The position numbers and the translations under genes were made by a program. Of a stretch of DNA of 64,000 nucleotides, positions 24,810 through 32,979 are shown one piece after another (position 1 is the stretch's first letter; the number at the start of each line of letters is the position of its first letter). Source of the stretch: Thermoanaerobaculia bacterium (GTDB lineage Bacteria; Acidobacteriota; Thermoanaerobaculia; Multivoradales; UBA5704); contig JBIOVX010000013.1 in NCBI GenBank assembly GCA_044868005.1, positions 2,172 to 66,171 of the forward strand, in the 5' to 3' direction. The notes beneath the pieces are model-generated. The model made no database searches. It was not told the DNA's origin and saw only the letters and a program-made list of their open reading frames with translations.

Positions 24810-27751
24810 TCGCTGCCCCCGCGACTCTCCCGGCTCCCGCGCCGGCCGTGCTGCCTCGCCGGCTGTGCGACTACCGCAACCTGCACGCCGGCGAGACCAT
24901 CATCGTCTGCGGCTGCGGCCGGTCGCTCGCGGAGCTCCCGGCGCCCGAGCGGCGGCTGACGATCGGTGTCAACGACGTCGGGCGCCTCTTCGACCCGACC
25001 TATCTCGTCGTCGTCAATCCGAAGAGCCAGTTCCGCGGCGACCGCTTCCGCCACGTGGCGGCGAGCCGCGCCGGCGCCCTCTTCACCCAGCTCGACCCGG
25101 GGCGCGACCTCGGCATCACGCACCCCTGCATCGTCCGCTTCCGCCTCGGCCGCCGCGGCGGCACCGACCTCGACGATCCCGATACCCTCCCCTACACCCG
25201 CAACTCGCCCTACGTGGCGGTCTGCCTCGCCGCCTTCCTCGGCGCGCGGCGCATCGGCCTGATCGGCGTCGACTTCACCGACCACCACTTCTTCGCCTCG
25301 ACCGGCGCTCACCCGCTCTCCCGCGAGCTGGCGCAGATCGACCGCGAGTACGGGCACCTCGCGGCCGCCTTGGCCCGCCGCGGCGTCGAGCTGGTCAACC
25401 TGTCGCGGGAGAGCCGGCTCGCGGCGCTGCCCAAGGTGGCGCCGGCGGAGTTTCTGAAGGAGGAGGGAAGCGCAAGAACGGAGGAACGGCCGGCAAGGGC
25501 CATCAAGGCTGCAACAACCGAGGACCTGGGAGAGGCGCCGCGGGTGTTTTTCGTCCACTACCAGTTCCTCTCCTGCGGCGACGTCTTCACCCGCGGCCTC
25601 GAGCACGCGGCCCGCGACCTCGGCCTCGCCTGGGCCGGCGCCGCCTGGGACGACCCCCGACTGCCCGAGCGGGTCGAGCGCTTCCGGCCCGACCTCCTCT
25701 TCGTCGTCCACGGCCGCCGCTTCCGGCAGCGCTGGGGCGACCGCTTCCGCGGCGTCAGGAGCGCCGTCTGGCTGCTCGACGAGCCCTACGAGGTGGACGA
25801 CACCGAGCGCACCTCGCAGGGCTTCGACGCCGTCTTCGTCAACGATCCCTCGACCCTCGGCCGCCACCGCAACGCCCACTACCTGCCGGCGGCCTGGGAC
25901 CCGCACCGGCACGCCGCCGGCCCCGATGAGGAGCGGCGCTACGCCGTGGGCTTCATCGGTGGCGGCAACCCGGCGCGCGAGGAGATGCTCGTGGGGCTGG
26001 CGCGCGAGGGGCTGCTGTCATACGTCGTCGGCGGCCCCTGGCGCGCGCGCGAGCTGCGGGCGCTCTCGCTGGGCGCCAACGTGCCGCCGGACCGCACCGC
26101 CGCGCTCTACCGGCAGACGAAGTTGGTGGTCAACGTCTTCCGCGATCGCCACCACTACAACCGCCGCCGGCTGCCGGCGACCTCGCTCAACCCGCGGGTC
26201 TACGAGGCGCTGGCCTGCGGCGCCCTGGTCGTCTCGGAAGAGCGGCCGGAGCTGGCCGAGGTCTTCCCCGAGCTGCCGCGCTTCACCACCCCCGCGGAGC
26301 TGACCGCGAGGGTGCGCGAGCTGCTCGGCGGCGGCGCGCGGGCGGCGGCGGTCCTGGCGCGATGCCGGGAGCGCCTGGCCGGCCACAGCTATACCGACCG
26401 CCTCCGCTCCGTTTTAGGCGTGTGCCTGCCGCCGCGTGCGGACCGGGCGACGGAGGCGAAGGGGAAGGAGATGAAGATGGAGGAGCCAGCAACCAGGATC
26501 GACTTCAAACGAGCACGCAGCAGGCCGGCCCCCACCGGCGCCCGGCAGTCCCGCGCGAAGGGCACGCCGCGGCCGCCGCAGGGCTGGGTGGCCTGCGGCG
26601 CTGCGATCGTGAGAGCTGTGGCCGGCGACGAGCTCGAGCTCGCCAAGCGGCTCGATCTCAGCCCTGCTTCCGAGGAGGGCCTGGCGAGCGAGCAGCGGTA
26701 TGCCGGTGTGGCCCTTGCCTGCGAGGCGAGGCTCTCTGCCGACGCCTGGTTCGTGGCCAAGGTCCACCAGCGGGAACCTCACGACCAGGCCACCAACTCC
26801 TACCACCTGATGGCCCAGCCGGGCAACGGCTATCTCGCTCGCCACCACCTGATCTTCACTCCGGTGGAGATCCCGCGCGAGAGATGGGTAGACCTGATCC
26901 TTCGCCGCGAGGGCGACTCCCTGGAGCTCACGATCGACGGCACCGTGACGGCGAGCCTGAGCGACCGGCGGCTGCGGGGCGGCCATGCGTTCCTGGGCCT
27001 CAAGGGAGGAAGGGTATGGCTGCGCCGGCTGCGCCTGACCGATCTCGGCGGCTCGCTCCCGGATCTCGGAGAGCCGCTCGCCGGCTCCGAGCCTCCGCCT
27101 CACCGGGTCCTGCGGCGCGCGGCGCAGCCCGGGGCGCCGAAGGTGAGCATCGTCACCACCGTCTACGACCGCACCGCATGCCTGGCGCGCGCCATCCGCT
27201 CGGTGCAGCAGCTCCTGTTCCACGACTACGAGCACCTGATCATCGCCGACGCGCCGCCGCCGGAGGTGCTGGCGCGGATTCAAGAGGTGGTGACCGAGGC
27301 CGGCGACCCCCGCCTGACGCTGGCGACGCTTCTCCACCGCGCCAACGACTGGGGGAGCACGCCGGCCGCGGCCGGCCTCCACCTGGCGCGAGGCGAGTAT
27401 CTCTGCTTCCTCTCCGACGACAACGCCTACACCCCCGATCATCTCGATTCCCTGGTCATGACATTGGACCGGGAGCCGGCGATCGGCTTCGCCTACAGCT
27501 CATGCCTCTACGACGGCCGGCTCATCCTGCGGTCACCGCCGCTGCCCGCGCGGATCGATCTCGGTCAGCCGCTCTTCCGCCGCGCCCTCTTCGAGCGTTA
27601 CCTGGGCGGCACGATTCCCTCCCATGTCATGGCCTGGGACTGGGAGATGATCCACGCCCTCCTTCGCGCGGGGGTCCGCTGGCGGCATGTGGACCGCGTC
27701 ACCTTCCTTTTCCGCCTGGTCGGGCCGGCCGGTCAAGGCAAGGCGGCGTGA
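24806..27751 (+). CDS. Multidomain glycosyltransferase (DUF115/Maf-like N-terminus, CgeB-like GT, LamG/DUF1080-like jelly roll, GT2 C-terminus)
   Basis: TTG 24806 overlaps the TGA of the pentapeptide gene. Domain cues are: GETIIVCGCGRSL...TIGVNDVG (DUF115-like); FIGGGNPAREEML...TKLVVNVF...NPRVYEALACGALVVSE (CgeB-like); PKVSIVTTVYDRTACLARAIRSV...YLCFLSDDNAYTPDHL (GT2). These calls are by eye and the exact start is uncertain. Confidence 0.7.
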   Translation: MIAAPATLPAPAPAVLPRRLCDYRNLHAGETIIVCGCGRSLAELPAPERRLTIGVNDVGRLFDPTYLVVVNPKSQFRGDRFRHVAASRAGALFTQLDPGRDLGITHPCIVRFRLGRRGGTDLDDPDTLPYTRNSPYVAVCLAAFLGARRIGLIGVDFTDHHFFASTGAHPLSRELAQIDREYGHLAAALARRGVELVNLSRESRLAALPKVAPAEFLKEEGSARTEERPARAIKAATTEDLGEAPRVFFVHYQFLSCGDVFTRGLEHAARDLGLAWAGAAWDDPRLPERVERFRPDLLFVVHGRRFRQRWGDRFRGVRSAVWLLDEPYEVDDTERTSQGFDAVFVNDPSTLGRHRNAHYLPAAWDPHRHAAGPDEERRYAVGFIGGGNPAREEMLVGLAREGLLSYVVGGPWRARELRALSLGANVPPDRTAALYRQTKLVVNVFRDRHHYNRRRLPATSLNPRVYEALACGALVVSEERPELAEVFPELPRFTTPAELTARVRELLGGGARAAAVLARCRERLAGHSYTDRLRSVLGVCLPPRADRATEAKGKEMKMEEPATRIDFKRARSRPAPTGARQSRAKGTPRPPQGWVACGAAIVRAVAGDELELAKRLDLSPASEEGLASEQRYAGVALACEARLSADAWFVAKVHQREPHDQATNSYHLMAQPGNGYLARHHLIFTPVEIPRERWVDLILRREGDSLELTIDGTVTASLSDRRLRGGHAFLGLKGGRVWLRRLRLTDLGGSLPDLGEPLAGSEPPPHRVLRRAAQPGAPKVSIVTTVYDRTACLARAIRSVQQLLFHDYEHLIIADAPPPEVLARIQEVVTEAGDPRLTLATLLHRANDWGSTPAAAGLHLARGEYLCFLSDDNAYTPDHLDSLVMTLDREPAIGFAYSSCLYDGRLILRSPPLPARIDLGQPLFRRALFERYLGGTIPSHVMAWDWEMIHALLRAGVRWRHVDRVTFLFRLVGPAGQGKAA

Positions 27752-28545
27752 GCCATCGGCTGAGCGTCTGCGCCATCGTCCGCGACGAGGCGCCGTACCT
27801 CGCCGAATGGATCGAGTTCCACCGCCTGGTCGGGGTGGAGTCCTTCTACCTTTACGACAACGGCAGCCAGGACGGAACCGAGGAGGTCCTGGCGCCGTAC
27901 CGGGCGGCGGGTGTGGTGCAGTTGAAGTCATGGCCCCAGAGGCCGGGTCAGCTCGCGGCTTATAAAGACTGCCTCGCGGAGCGCGGCGCGGAGTCGCAGT
28001 GGATCGCCTTTCTCGATGCCGACGAGTTCCTCTTCCCCACCGTAGCGGACGATCTGTGTTCCGTGCTGGCAGAGTTCGAGGACCACCCGGCAGTTGCGGT
28101 CAACTGGCTCCTCTTCGGCTCGTCGGGACACCGTAGCCGGCCGCCGGGCCTGCAGATCGAGGCCTTCACGCGCCGGGCGCCGGAGGGTTACGACGTGCAC
28201 CGCCACGTCAAGTGCATCGTCCGGCCGGAACGCACGATGGAGGCCTTGAGCCCCCACCACTTCCGCTTCGCGGCGGGCGCTGTAGCGGTGGCCGAGACGG
28301 GCCGGCCGGTGACCGGGCCGCTGGCGCCGGAGATCTCGGTCGCGCGGCTCCGCATCAACCACTACTTCACCCGTTCCCTCGAGGAGGCCGAGGCGAAGCG
28401 GCTGCGGGGCCGTGCCGACACCACCGAAGCGCGCTCGCCGGAAGACATGGCCGCCCACGACCGCGGGGAGGTGGAAGACCTCACTATCCGGCGCTTTGTC
28501 CCAGCCCTGCGGGAGAAGGTCTCACCGGCGGCGTACGTCGGCTGA
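27748..28545 (+). CDS. Glycosyltransferase (family 92/2-like)
   Basis: GTG 27748 overlaps TGA 27749-27751 of the upstream gene. VSHRLSVCAIVRDEAPYLAEWIEFHRLVGVESFYLYDNGSQDGT...IAFLDADEFLFP is the typical GT92/GT2 N-terminal pattern. Confidence 0.8.
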   Translation: MSHRLSVCAIVRDEAPYLAEWIEFHRLVGVESFYLYDNGSQDGTEEVLAPYRAAGVVQLKSWPQRPGQLAAYKDCLAERGAESQWIAFLDADEFLFPTVADDLCSVLAEFEDHPAVAVNWLLFGSSGHRSRPPGLQIEAFTRRAPEGYDVHRHVKCIVRPERTMEALSPHHFRFAAGAVAVAETGRPVTGPLAPEISVARLRINHYFTRSLEEAEAKRLRGRADTTEARSPEDMAAHDRGEVEDLTIRRFVPALREKVSPAAYVG

Positions 28546-28561
28546 TGGAGCCATTCGCGCG

Positions 28562-29185
28562 CTAACCCCGCTTCCGCCGCGGCGAGGGCGAGCGCCGTGC
28601 CGGCCGGTACGGCGCGAACAGCCGGTCGAGCCCCTCGCGCATCCACTCCGCCAACGGCTCGTCGCGGTAGAACGCCCAGGTCATCAGCGAGCCGCTGATC
28701 GTGATTTCCACCGCCCGCGCGAGGGCGGCGGTGTCCACGTCCGGCTTCAGCTCGCCGGCGGCGGCCGCGGCTGCGAGCAGGCTTCGTATCTCCTCCCGCG
28801 TGGTGCGCGCCTGTGCCGAGGTATGGCGATAGAAGTCGGGATCGGTGAGATCGAGCTGCAGATACGAGAGATGGTGCGCCAGCGTCGCCGGCGTCTCGCC
28901 CATCTGCGCGAAGCAATCGGCGTAGGCGTAGAGAGCGGCGAGCGGCGAGGCGTGCTCGGCGCGGAGCTGGGCGAAGAACTGGCGCGGCCAGTCCGCCATC
29001 CCTTCCATCAGGGCAAGCAGCAAGCCGTGCTTCGAGCCGAAGCGCTGCACCAGGGCGCCCGCCGTCACTCCCGCCTCGGCCGCGATCTCGGCCAGCGTCA
29101 ACTGCGTGGGCCCGAGCCGCTGCATGGCGCGGTGCGCCGCCGCGAACACTTCCTCGTCGCTCGCCTTCCGGGGCCGCGGGCTCAT
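28562..29185 (-). CDS. TetR/AcrR family transcriptional regulator
   Basis: The N-terminal HTH is LTLAEIAAEAGVTAGALVQRFGSKHGLLLAL. The 207-aa product is divergent from an SDR gene. Confidence 0.9.
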   Translation of the reverse strand: MSPRPRKASDEEVFAAAHRAMQRLGPTQLTLAEIAAEAGVTAGALVQRFGSKHGLLLALMEGMADWPRQFFAQLRAEHASPLAALYAYADCFAQMGETPATLAHHLSYLQLDLTDPDFYRHTSAQARTTREEIRSLLAAAAAAGELKPDVDTAALARAVEITISGSLMTWAFYRDEPLAEWMREGLDRLFAPYRPARRSPSPRRKRG

Positions 29186-29193
29186 CTTCCCCC

Positions 29194-29222
29194 TTGACGG
29201 TTTCTAAATCCTGATTTAGGAT
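29194..29222 (+). promoter_or_regulatory. Sigma70-like promoter for the SDR genes: TTGACG-N17-TAGGAT
   Basis: TTGACG lies at 29194-29199, followed by a 17-nt spacer and TAGGAT at 29217-29222, 66 nt upstream of ATG 29288. AAAGGAGG lies just before the ATG. Confidence 0.5.
29204..29219. promoter_or_regulatory. Palindromic operator candidate CTAAATC-CT-GATTTAG (probable TetR site)
   Basis: A perfect 7-bp inverted repeat is separated by 2 nt. It sits inside the promoter spacer and -10 in the TetR/SDR divergent intergenic region. Confidence 0.5.
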
Positions 29223-29287
29223 CGTTTCTGCATCGCCGTTTAGTATAGCCGCTCGGGACGGCGACGCGCCAGAAAGGAGGAGCACCC

Positions 29288-30370
29288 ATGCAACCACTGG
29301 CAGGGAAGGTCGCCGTCGTCGCCGGCTCCACGCGTGGCGCGGGGCGCGGCATCGCGTGCATGCTGGGCGAGGCGGGAGCCACCGTGTACTGCACCGGCCG
29401 CAGCGTCCGCGGCAAGCCCTCGGCCAAGGGCCGGCCGGAGACGACGGACGAGACCGCGGAGATGGTCACCGCGCGCGGCGGCACCGGGATCGCGGTCCAG
29501 ACGGACCACACGGTGGAGACCCAAGTACGCCGGCTCTTCGAGCGCGTCGCCGCCGAGCACGGGCGCCTCGACGTGCTGGTCAACAACGTCAACGGCGACG
29601 ATCTGATGCATTGGGGCAAGACGTTCTGGCAGGAATCGCTCGACACCGGCTTCCGCATGCTCGAGCGCGGCGTGCACTCGCACCTCATCACCACCCACGC
29701 CGCGCTGCCGCTCATGCTGCGGAGCGGCGGCCGGCTGATCGCCGGCATCACCGACCTCGGCCACCCCACCTTCTACTACGGCTTGGTGAAGAAATCCGTG
29801 ATGGCGATCGCCGAGCTGCTCGCGGCGGAGCTGCGCCCGCACGGCATCGCCACGGTGGCGGTGGCGCCCGGCTTCCTGCGCTCGGAGGCGATGCTCGAGC
29901 GCTTCGGCGTCACCGAGGCGAACTGGCGGGACGCGGCGAAGACCGATCCCTTCTTCGGCGGCTCCGAGACGCCGTTCTACGTCGGCCGCGCCGTGGCCGC
30001 GCTCGCCGCCGATCCCAAGCTCATCCTGAAGACGGGCAAAGTGCTGACCTCGTGGAATCTGGCGGACGAGTACGGCTTCACCGACGTCGACGGCGAGCGG
30101 CCTCACTGGGAACGCTTCTGCGCGCCGAAGATCGACGAGCGATGGACCAAGGTCGCCCAGCAGGCGCGCGCCGAGCTCAAGAAGCACGGCCTCGACCCCG
30201 CCATGATGGAGGATGACCGCGCGAGCCTCACCCTGCGCGCCCGGCTCTCGCAGAACGGCGAGCCGCCGCGCTGGTTCTCGGAGGAGCTCTCCTGGCCGGA
30301 GGTGATCCACGGGGATCCGAAGAAGCTGGCGGCGGAGTTCTACGCGCGGTACGCGCTGGCGCGAGGGTGA
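29288..30370 (+). CDS. SDR family oxidoreductase with ~80-aa C-terminal tail
   Basis: Rossmann motif VAVVAGSTRGAGRGIA. 360 aa. Confidence 0.85.
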   Translation: MQPLAGKVAVVAGSTRGAGRGIACMLGEAGATVYCTGRSVRGKPSAKGRPETTDETAEMVTARGGTGIAVQTDHTVETQVRRLFERVAAEHGRLDVLVNNVNGDDLMHWGKTFWQESLDTGFRMLERGVHSHLITTHAALPLMLRSGGRLIAGITDLGHPTFYYGLVKKSVMAIAELLAAELRPHGIATVAVAPGFLRSEAMLERFGVTEANWRDAAKTDPFFGGSETPFYVGRAVAALAADPKLILKTGKVLTSWNLADEYGFTDVDGERPHWERFCAPKIDERWTKVAQQARAELKKHGLDPAMMEDDRASLTLRARLSQNGEPPRWFSEELSWPEVIHGDPKKLAAEFYARYALARG

Positions 30371-30373
30371 GTC

Positions 30374-31306
30374 ATGCGTCCTCTCCAGGGCCAGGTGGCT
30401 GTCGTCGCGGGCGCTACGCGCGGGGCCGGCCGCGGCATCGCGTGCATGCTGGGCGAGGCCGGGGCCACGGTCTATTGCACCGGCCGCAGCGTGCGCGGAA
30501 ATCCCAACCGGACGGGCTACTTCGCCGGCAGGCCCGAGTCGATCGACGAGACGGCCGAGATGGTGTCAGCCCGCGGCGGCGCCGGCATCCCCGTTCGCGT
30601 CGATCACCTCGTCGAGGAGGAAGTGGCGACCCTCTTCGAACGGGTGCGGCGCGAGCAGGGCCGGCTGGACGTGCTGGTCAACGACATCTCGGAGGGCGAC
30701 CTCCACGAGTGGAAGCCGTTCTGGCAGCTCTCGCTCGATCGGGCCTTCGCGATGTTCAGGAACGGCGTCCATACCCACATCCTCACCAGCCGCTACGCCG
30801 CGCCACTGATGATCGAAAACCGTCGCGGGCTCATCGTCGAGATCGGGGACGGCGACTCGCTCGGCTACCGCGGCACCCTCTTCTACGACCTGGTGAAGGT
30901 TACGGTCAGCCGTCTCGCCTACGTGATGGCGGAGGATCTCCACCGGCACGGCGTCGCCGCGCTCGCCTTGACGCCCGGCTTCATGCGCACGGAAACCATC
31001 CTGGAGCACTTCGGCGTCACCGAGGCGAGCTGGCGCGACGGCGCTAGAAAGGATCCGAGCTTCCTCCACTCCGAGACGCCCTTCTTCGTCGGCCGCGCCG
31101 TCGCCGCCCTCGCCGCGGATCCGAACATGCTCGCGAAATCTGGCGGCCTCTACAGCTCGTGGCAACTGGCGCGCGAGTACGGCTTCACGGACGTCGACGG
31201 CTCGCAGCCGAACCTGGGCGAGCACCTCGGCGAGTTCCCGGCAGGGCCACCACGCACCGGCCTCAGATGGTCGCTGGAACGCCTGCCTCCGCCTCCTCGC
31301 CGATGA
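30374..31306 (+). CDS. SDR family oxidoreductase, paralog with a divergent and possibly frameshifted 3' end
   Basis: VAVVAGATRGAGRGIACMLGEAGATVYCTGRSVRG is nearly identical to the start of the upstream paralog. The tail homologous to the paralog (ERFCAPRLDERWGKV) appears downstream in a different frame. Confidence 0.75.
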   Translation: MRPLQGQVAVVAGATRGAGRGIACMLGEAGATVYCTGRSVRGNPNRTGYFAGRPESIDETAEMVSARGGAGIPVRVDHLVEEEVATLFERVRREQGRLDVLVNDISEGDLHEWKPFWQLSLDRAFAMFRNGVHTHILTSRYAAPLMIENRRGLIVEIGDGDSLGYRGTLFYDLVKVTVSRLAYVMAEDLHRHGVAALALTPGFMRTETILEHFGVTEASWRDGARKDPSFLHSETPFFVGRAVAALAADPNMLAKSGGLYSSWQLAREYGFTDVDGSQPNLGEHLGEFPAGPPRTGLRWSLERLPPPPRR

Positions 31307-31399
31307 CGGGCCTGATCGAGCAGCGGCGGAGCCAGGTTGAGCGGTTCTGCGCACCCAGGCTCGATGAGCGGTGGGGAAAGGTCGGCTCCTGGCGTCCCC

Positions 31400-31429
31400 G
31401 TGCAATCCCCCACCCGTTCGCGCTAGACT
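31400..31429 (+). promoter_or_regulatory. Candidate promoter GTGCAA-N18-TAGACT upstream of the heme O synthase gene
   Basis: TAGACT at 31424-31429 lies 36 nt before ATG 31465. The same TAGACTC hexamer context precedes ctaD and the bufferin-like gene. Confidence 0.35.
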
Positions 31430-31464
31430 CTCCCGTCGCGCTCCGGCGCCTCGCAGCGATCCTC

Positions 31465-32367
31465 ATGAACGGCATCCAAATTACCGACGAACCGTCCCTG
31501 CCGATCTCCGTGCGCCTGGCGGACCTGTGGGAGATGACCAAGCCGGGCATCACTCTCATGGTGGTGCTCACGGCGGGCCTGGGCTATCTGCTGGCCGCGC
31601 AGAACCGCTTCGACTTTTTCCTGCTGGTCCACACCCTCCTCGGCACCGGCCTCATCTCGGCCGGCGCCTCGGTGCTCAACCACGTCCTGGAACGGGACAC
31701 GGACGCCCTGATGCAGCGCACCGCGGGCCGGCCGCTGCCCGCGGGGAGGATGCACCCGGACGCCGCGCTGTCGTTCGGCGTGCTGCTGGCGGTTCTGGGC
31801 CTCGTCGATCTCGCCCTGGCGGTGAACCTGCTGACCGCCCTGCTCGGCGCTGCGGCCCTCGCCGGCTACGTCTTCGTCTACACGCCGCTCAAGCGCGTCA
31901 GCTCGCTCGCGACGGTGATCGGCGCGGTGCCGGGCGCCATTCCGCCGATGATGGGCTGGAGCGCCGTGCGCAACGAGCTGGACGCCGCCGCCTGGGTGCT
32001 CTTCGGCATCCTCTTCTTCTGGCAGCTCCCGCACTTCCTCGCCATCGCCTGGCTCTGCCGCGAGGACTACGCTCGCGGCGGCTTCCCGATGCTGCCGGTG
32101 CTCGATCCCGAGGGAACCCGCACGGGCCGCCAGGCCGTGCTCTACGGCGCCGCCCTGGTGCCGATCTCGCTGCTCCCCTCGCTGCTCGGCCTCATGGGCA
32201 GCGTCTACTTCTTCGGCGCTTTCGCCTTCGGCCTCACCTATCTGGGGTTCTCCTTCGCCTTCGCCGAGGCCCGCTCGAACCCCGGAGCGCGCCGGCTGAT
32301 GCTGGCCTCGCTCCTGTATTTCCCGGCCCTGCTCCTCGTCATGCTGCTGGACCGGGTGGTCTCCTAG
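31465..32367 (+). CDS. ctaB: Protoheme IX farnesyltransferase (heme O synthase)
   Basis: Start chosen at MNGIQITDE...LWEMTKPGITLMVVLTAGLGYLLA. The UbiA-type fold with multiple TM segments has NHVLERDTDALMQRTAGRPLPAG. The upstream part of listed ORF 31159.. is a relic of the SDR tail. Confidence 0.85.
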   Translation: MNGIQITDEPSLPISVRLADLWEMTKPGITLMVVLTAGLGYLLAAQNRFDFFLLVHTLLGTGLISAGASVLNHVLERDTDALMQRTAGRPLPAGRMHPDAALSFGVLLAVLGLVDLALAVNLLTALLGAAALAGYVFVYTPLKRVSSLATVIGAVPGAIPPMMGWSAVRNELDAAAWVLFGILFFWQLPHFLAIAWLCREDYARGGFPMLPVLDPEGTRTGRQAVLYGAALVPISLLPSLLGLMGSVYFFGAFAFGLTYLGFSFAFAEARSNPGARRLMLASLLYFPALLLVMLLDRVVS

Positions 32368-32373
32368 CGGGCG

Positions 32374-32979
32374 GTGGCGCTCACTCCACGGCGCGGCCTC
32401 CTCTGGGGCCTGCTGATCCTCACGCTGATCGTCGTCGTCGCCGCGGCCCTGCTGCGCATGCGGCGCCCCGAGCCGCCTCCCGTGCTCAGTGAGGTGCCCG
32501 AGTTCACCCTCGTCAACCGCGACGGTCGGACGATCCGCCGTGAAGATCTCGCCGGGTCACCCTGGATCGCCGACTTCATCTTTACCCGCTGCCCCGCCTC
32601 CTGCCCCATGATGACTTCGCGCCTGGCCCGCCTCGACCGCGAGCTGCCGCGGGATCTCGAAGTGCGCCTCGTCTCCATCTCCGTCGATCCGGAGCACGAC
32701 ACGCCGGAGATCCTCCAGCGCTACGCCGAGTCGTTCAAGGCGCCGGCGCGCTGGCTGTTCCTCACCGGCGACGGCGAGCAGATCTACCGCCTCTCCAAGG
32801 AGGGCTTCAAGCTGGGAGTCGACGCGGCGCCCCAAGGCGTCGAGACGGCCGAGCCCATCCTCCACAGCACCCGCTTCGTGCTGGTGGACGGCGAGGGCCG
32901 GATCCGCGGCTATTACGACGCCTTCGACGCGGAGTCGATGAAGGGGTTGATGCGGGATCTCGAGGCGATCGCGGGTTAA
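32374..32979 (+). CDS. SCO1/SenC family copper chaperone
   Basis: GTG start 6 nt after ctaB. It has an N-terminal TM segment and the thioredoxin-fold motif FIFTRCPASCPMMT (CxxxC). Confidence 0.85.
   Translation: MALTPRRGLLWGLLILTLIVVVAAALLRMRRPEPPPVLSEVPEFTLVNRDGRTIRREDLAGSPWIADFIFTRCPASCPMMTSRLARLDRELPRDLEVRLVSISVDPEHDTPEILQRYAESFKAPARWLFLTGDGEQIYRLSKEGFKLGVDAAPQGVETAEPILHSTRFVLVDGEGRIRGYYDAFDAESMKGLMRDLEAIAG

Noticed and set aside
31159-31464. N-terminal extension of the heme O synthase ORF (listed start 31159)
   Set aside because: It overlaps the 3' end of the SDR gene, and its translation contains a relic of the SDR tail. UbiA-type homology begins only after MNGIQITDE at 31465.
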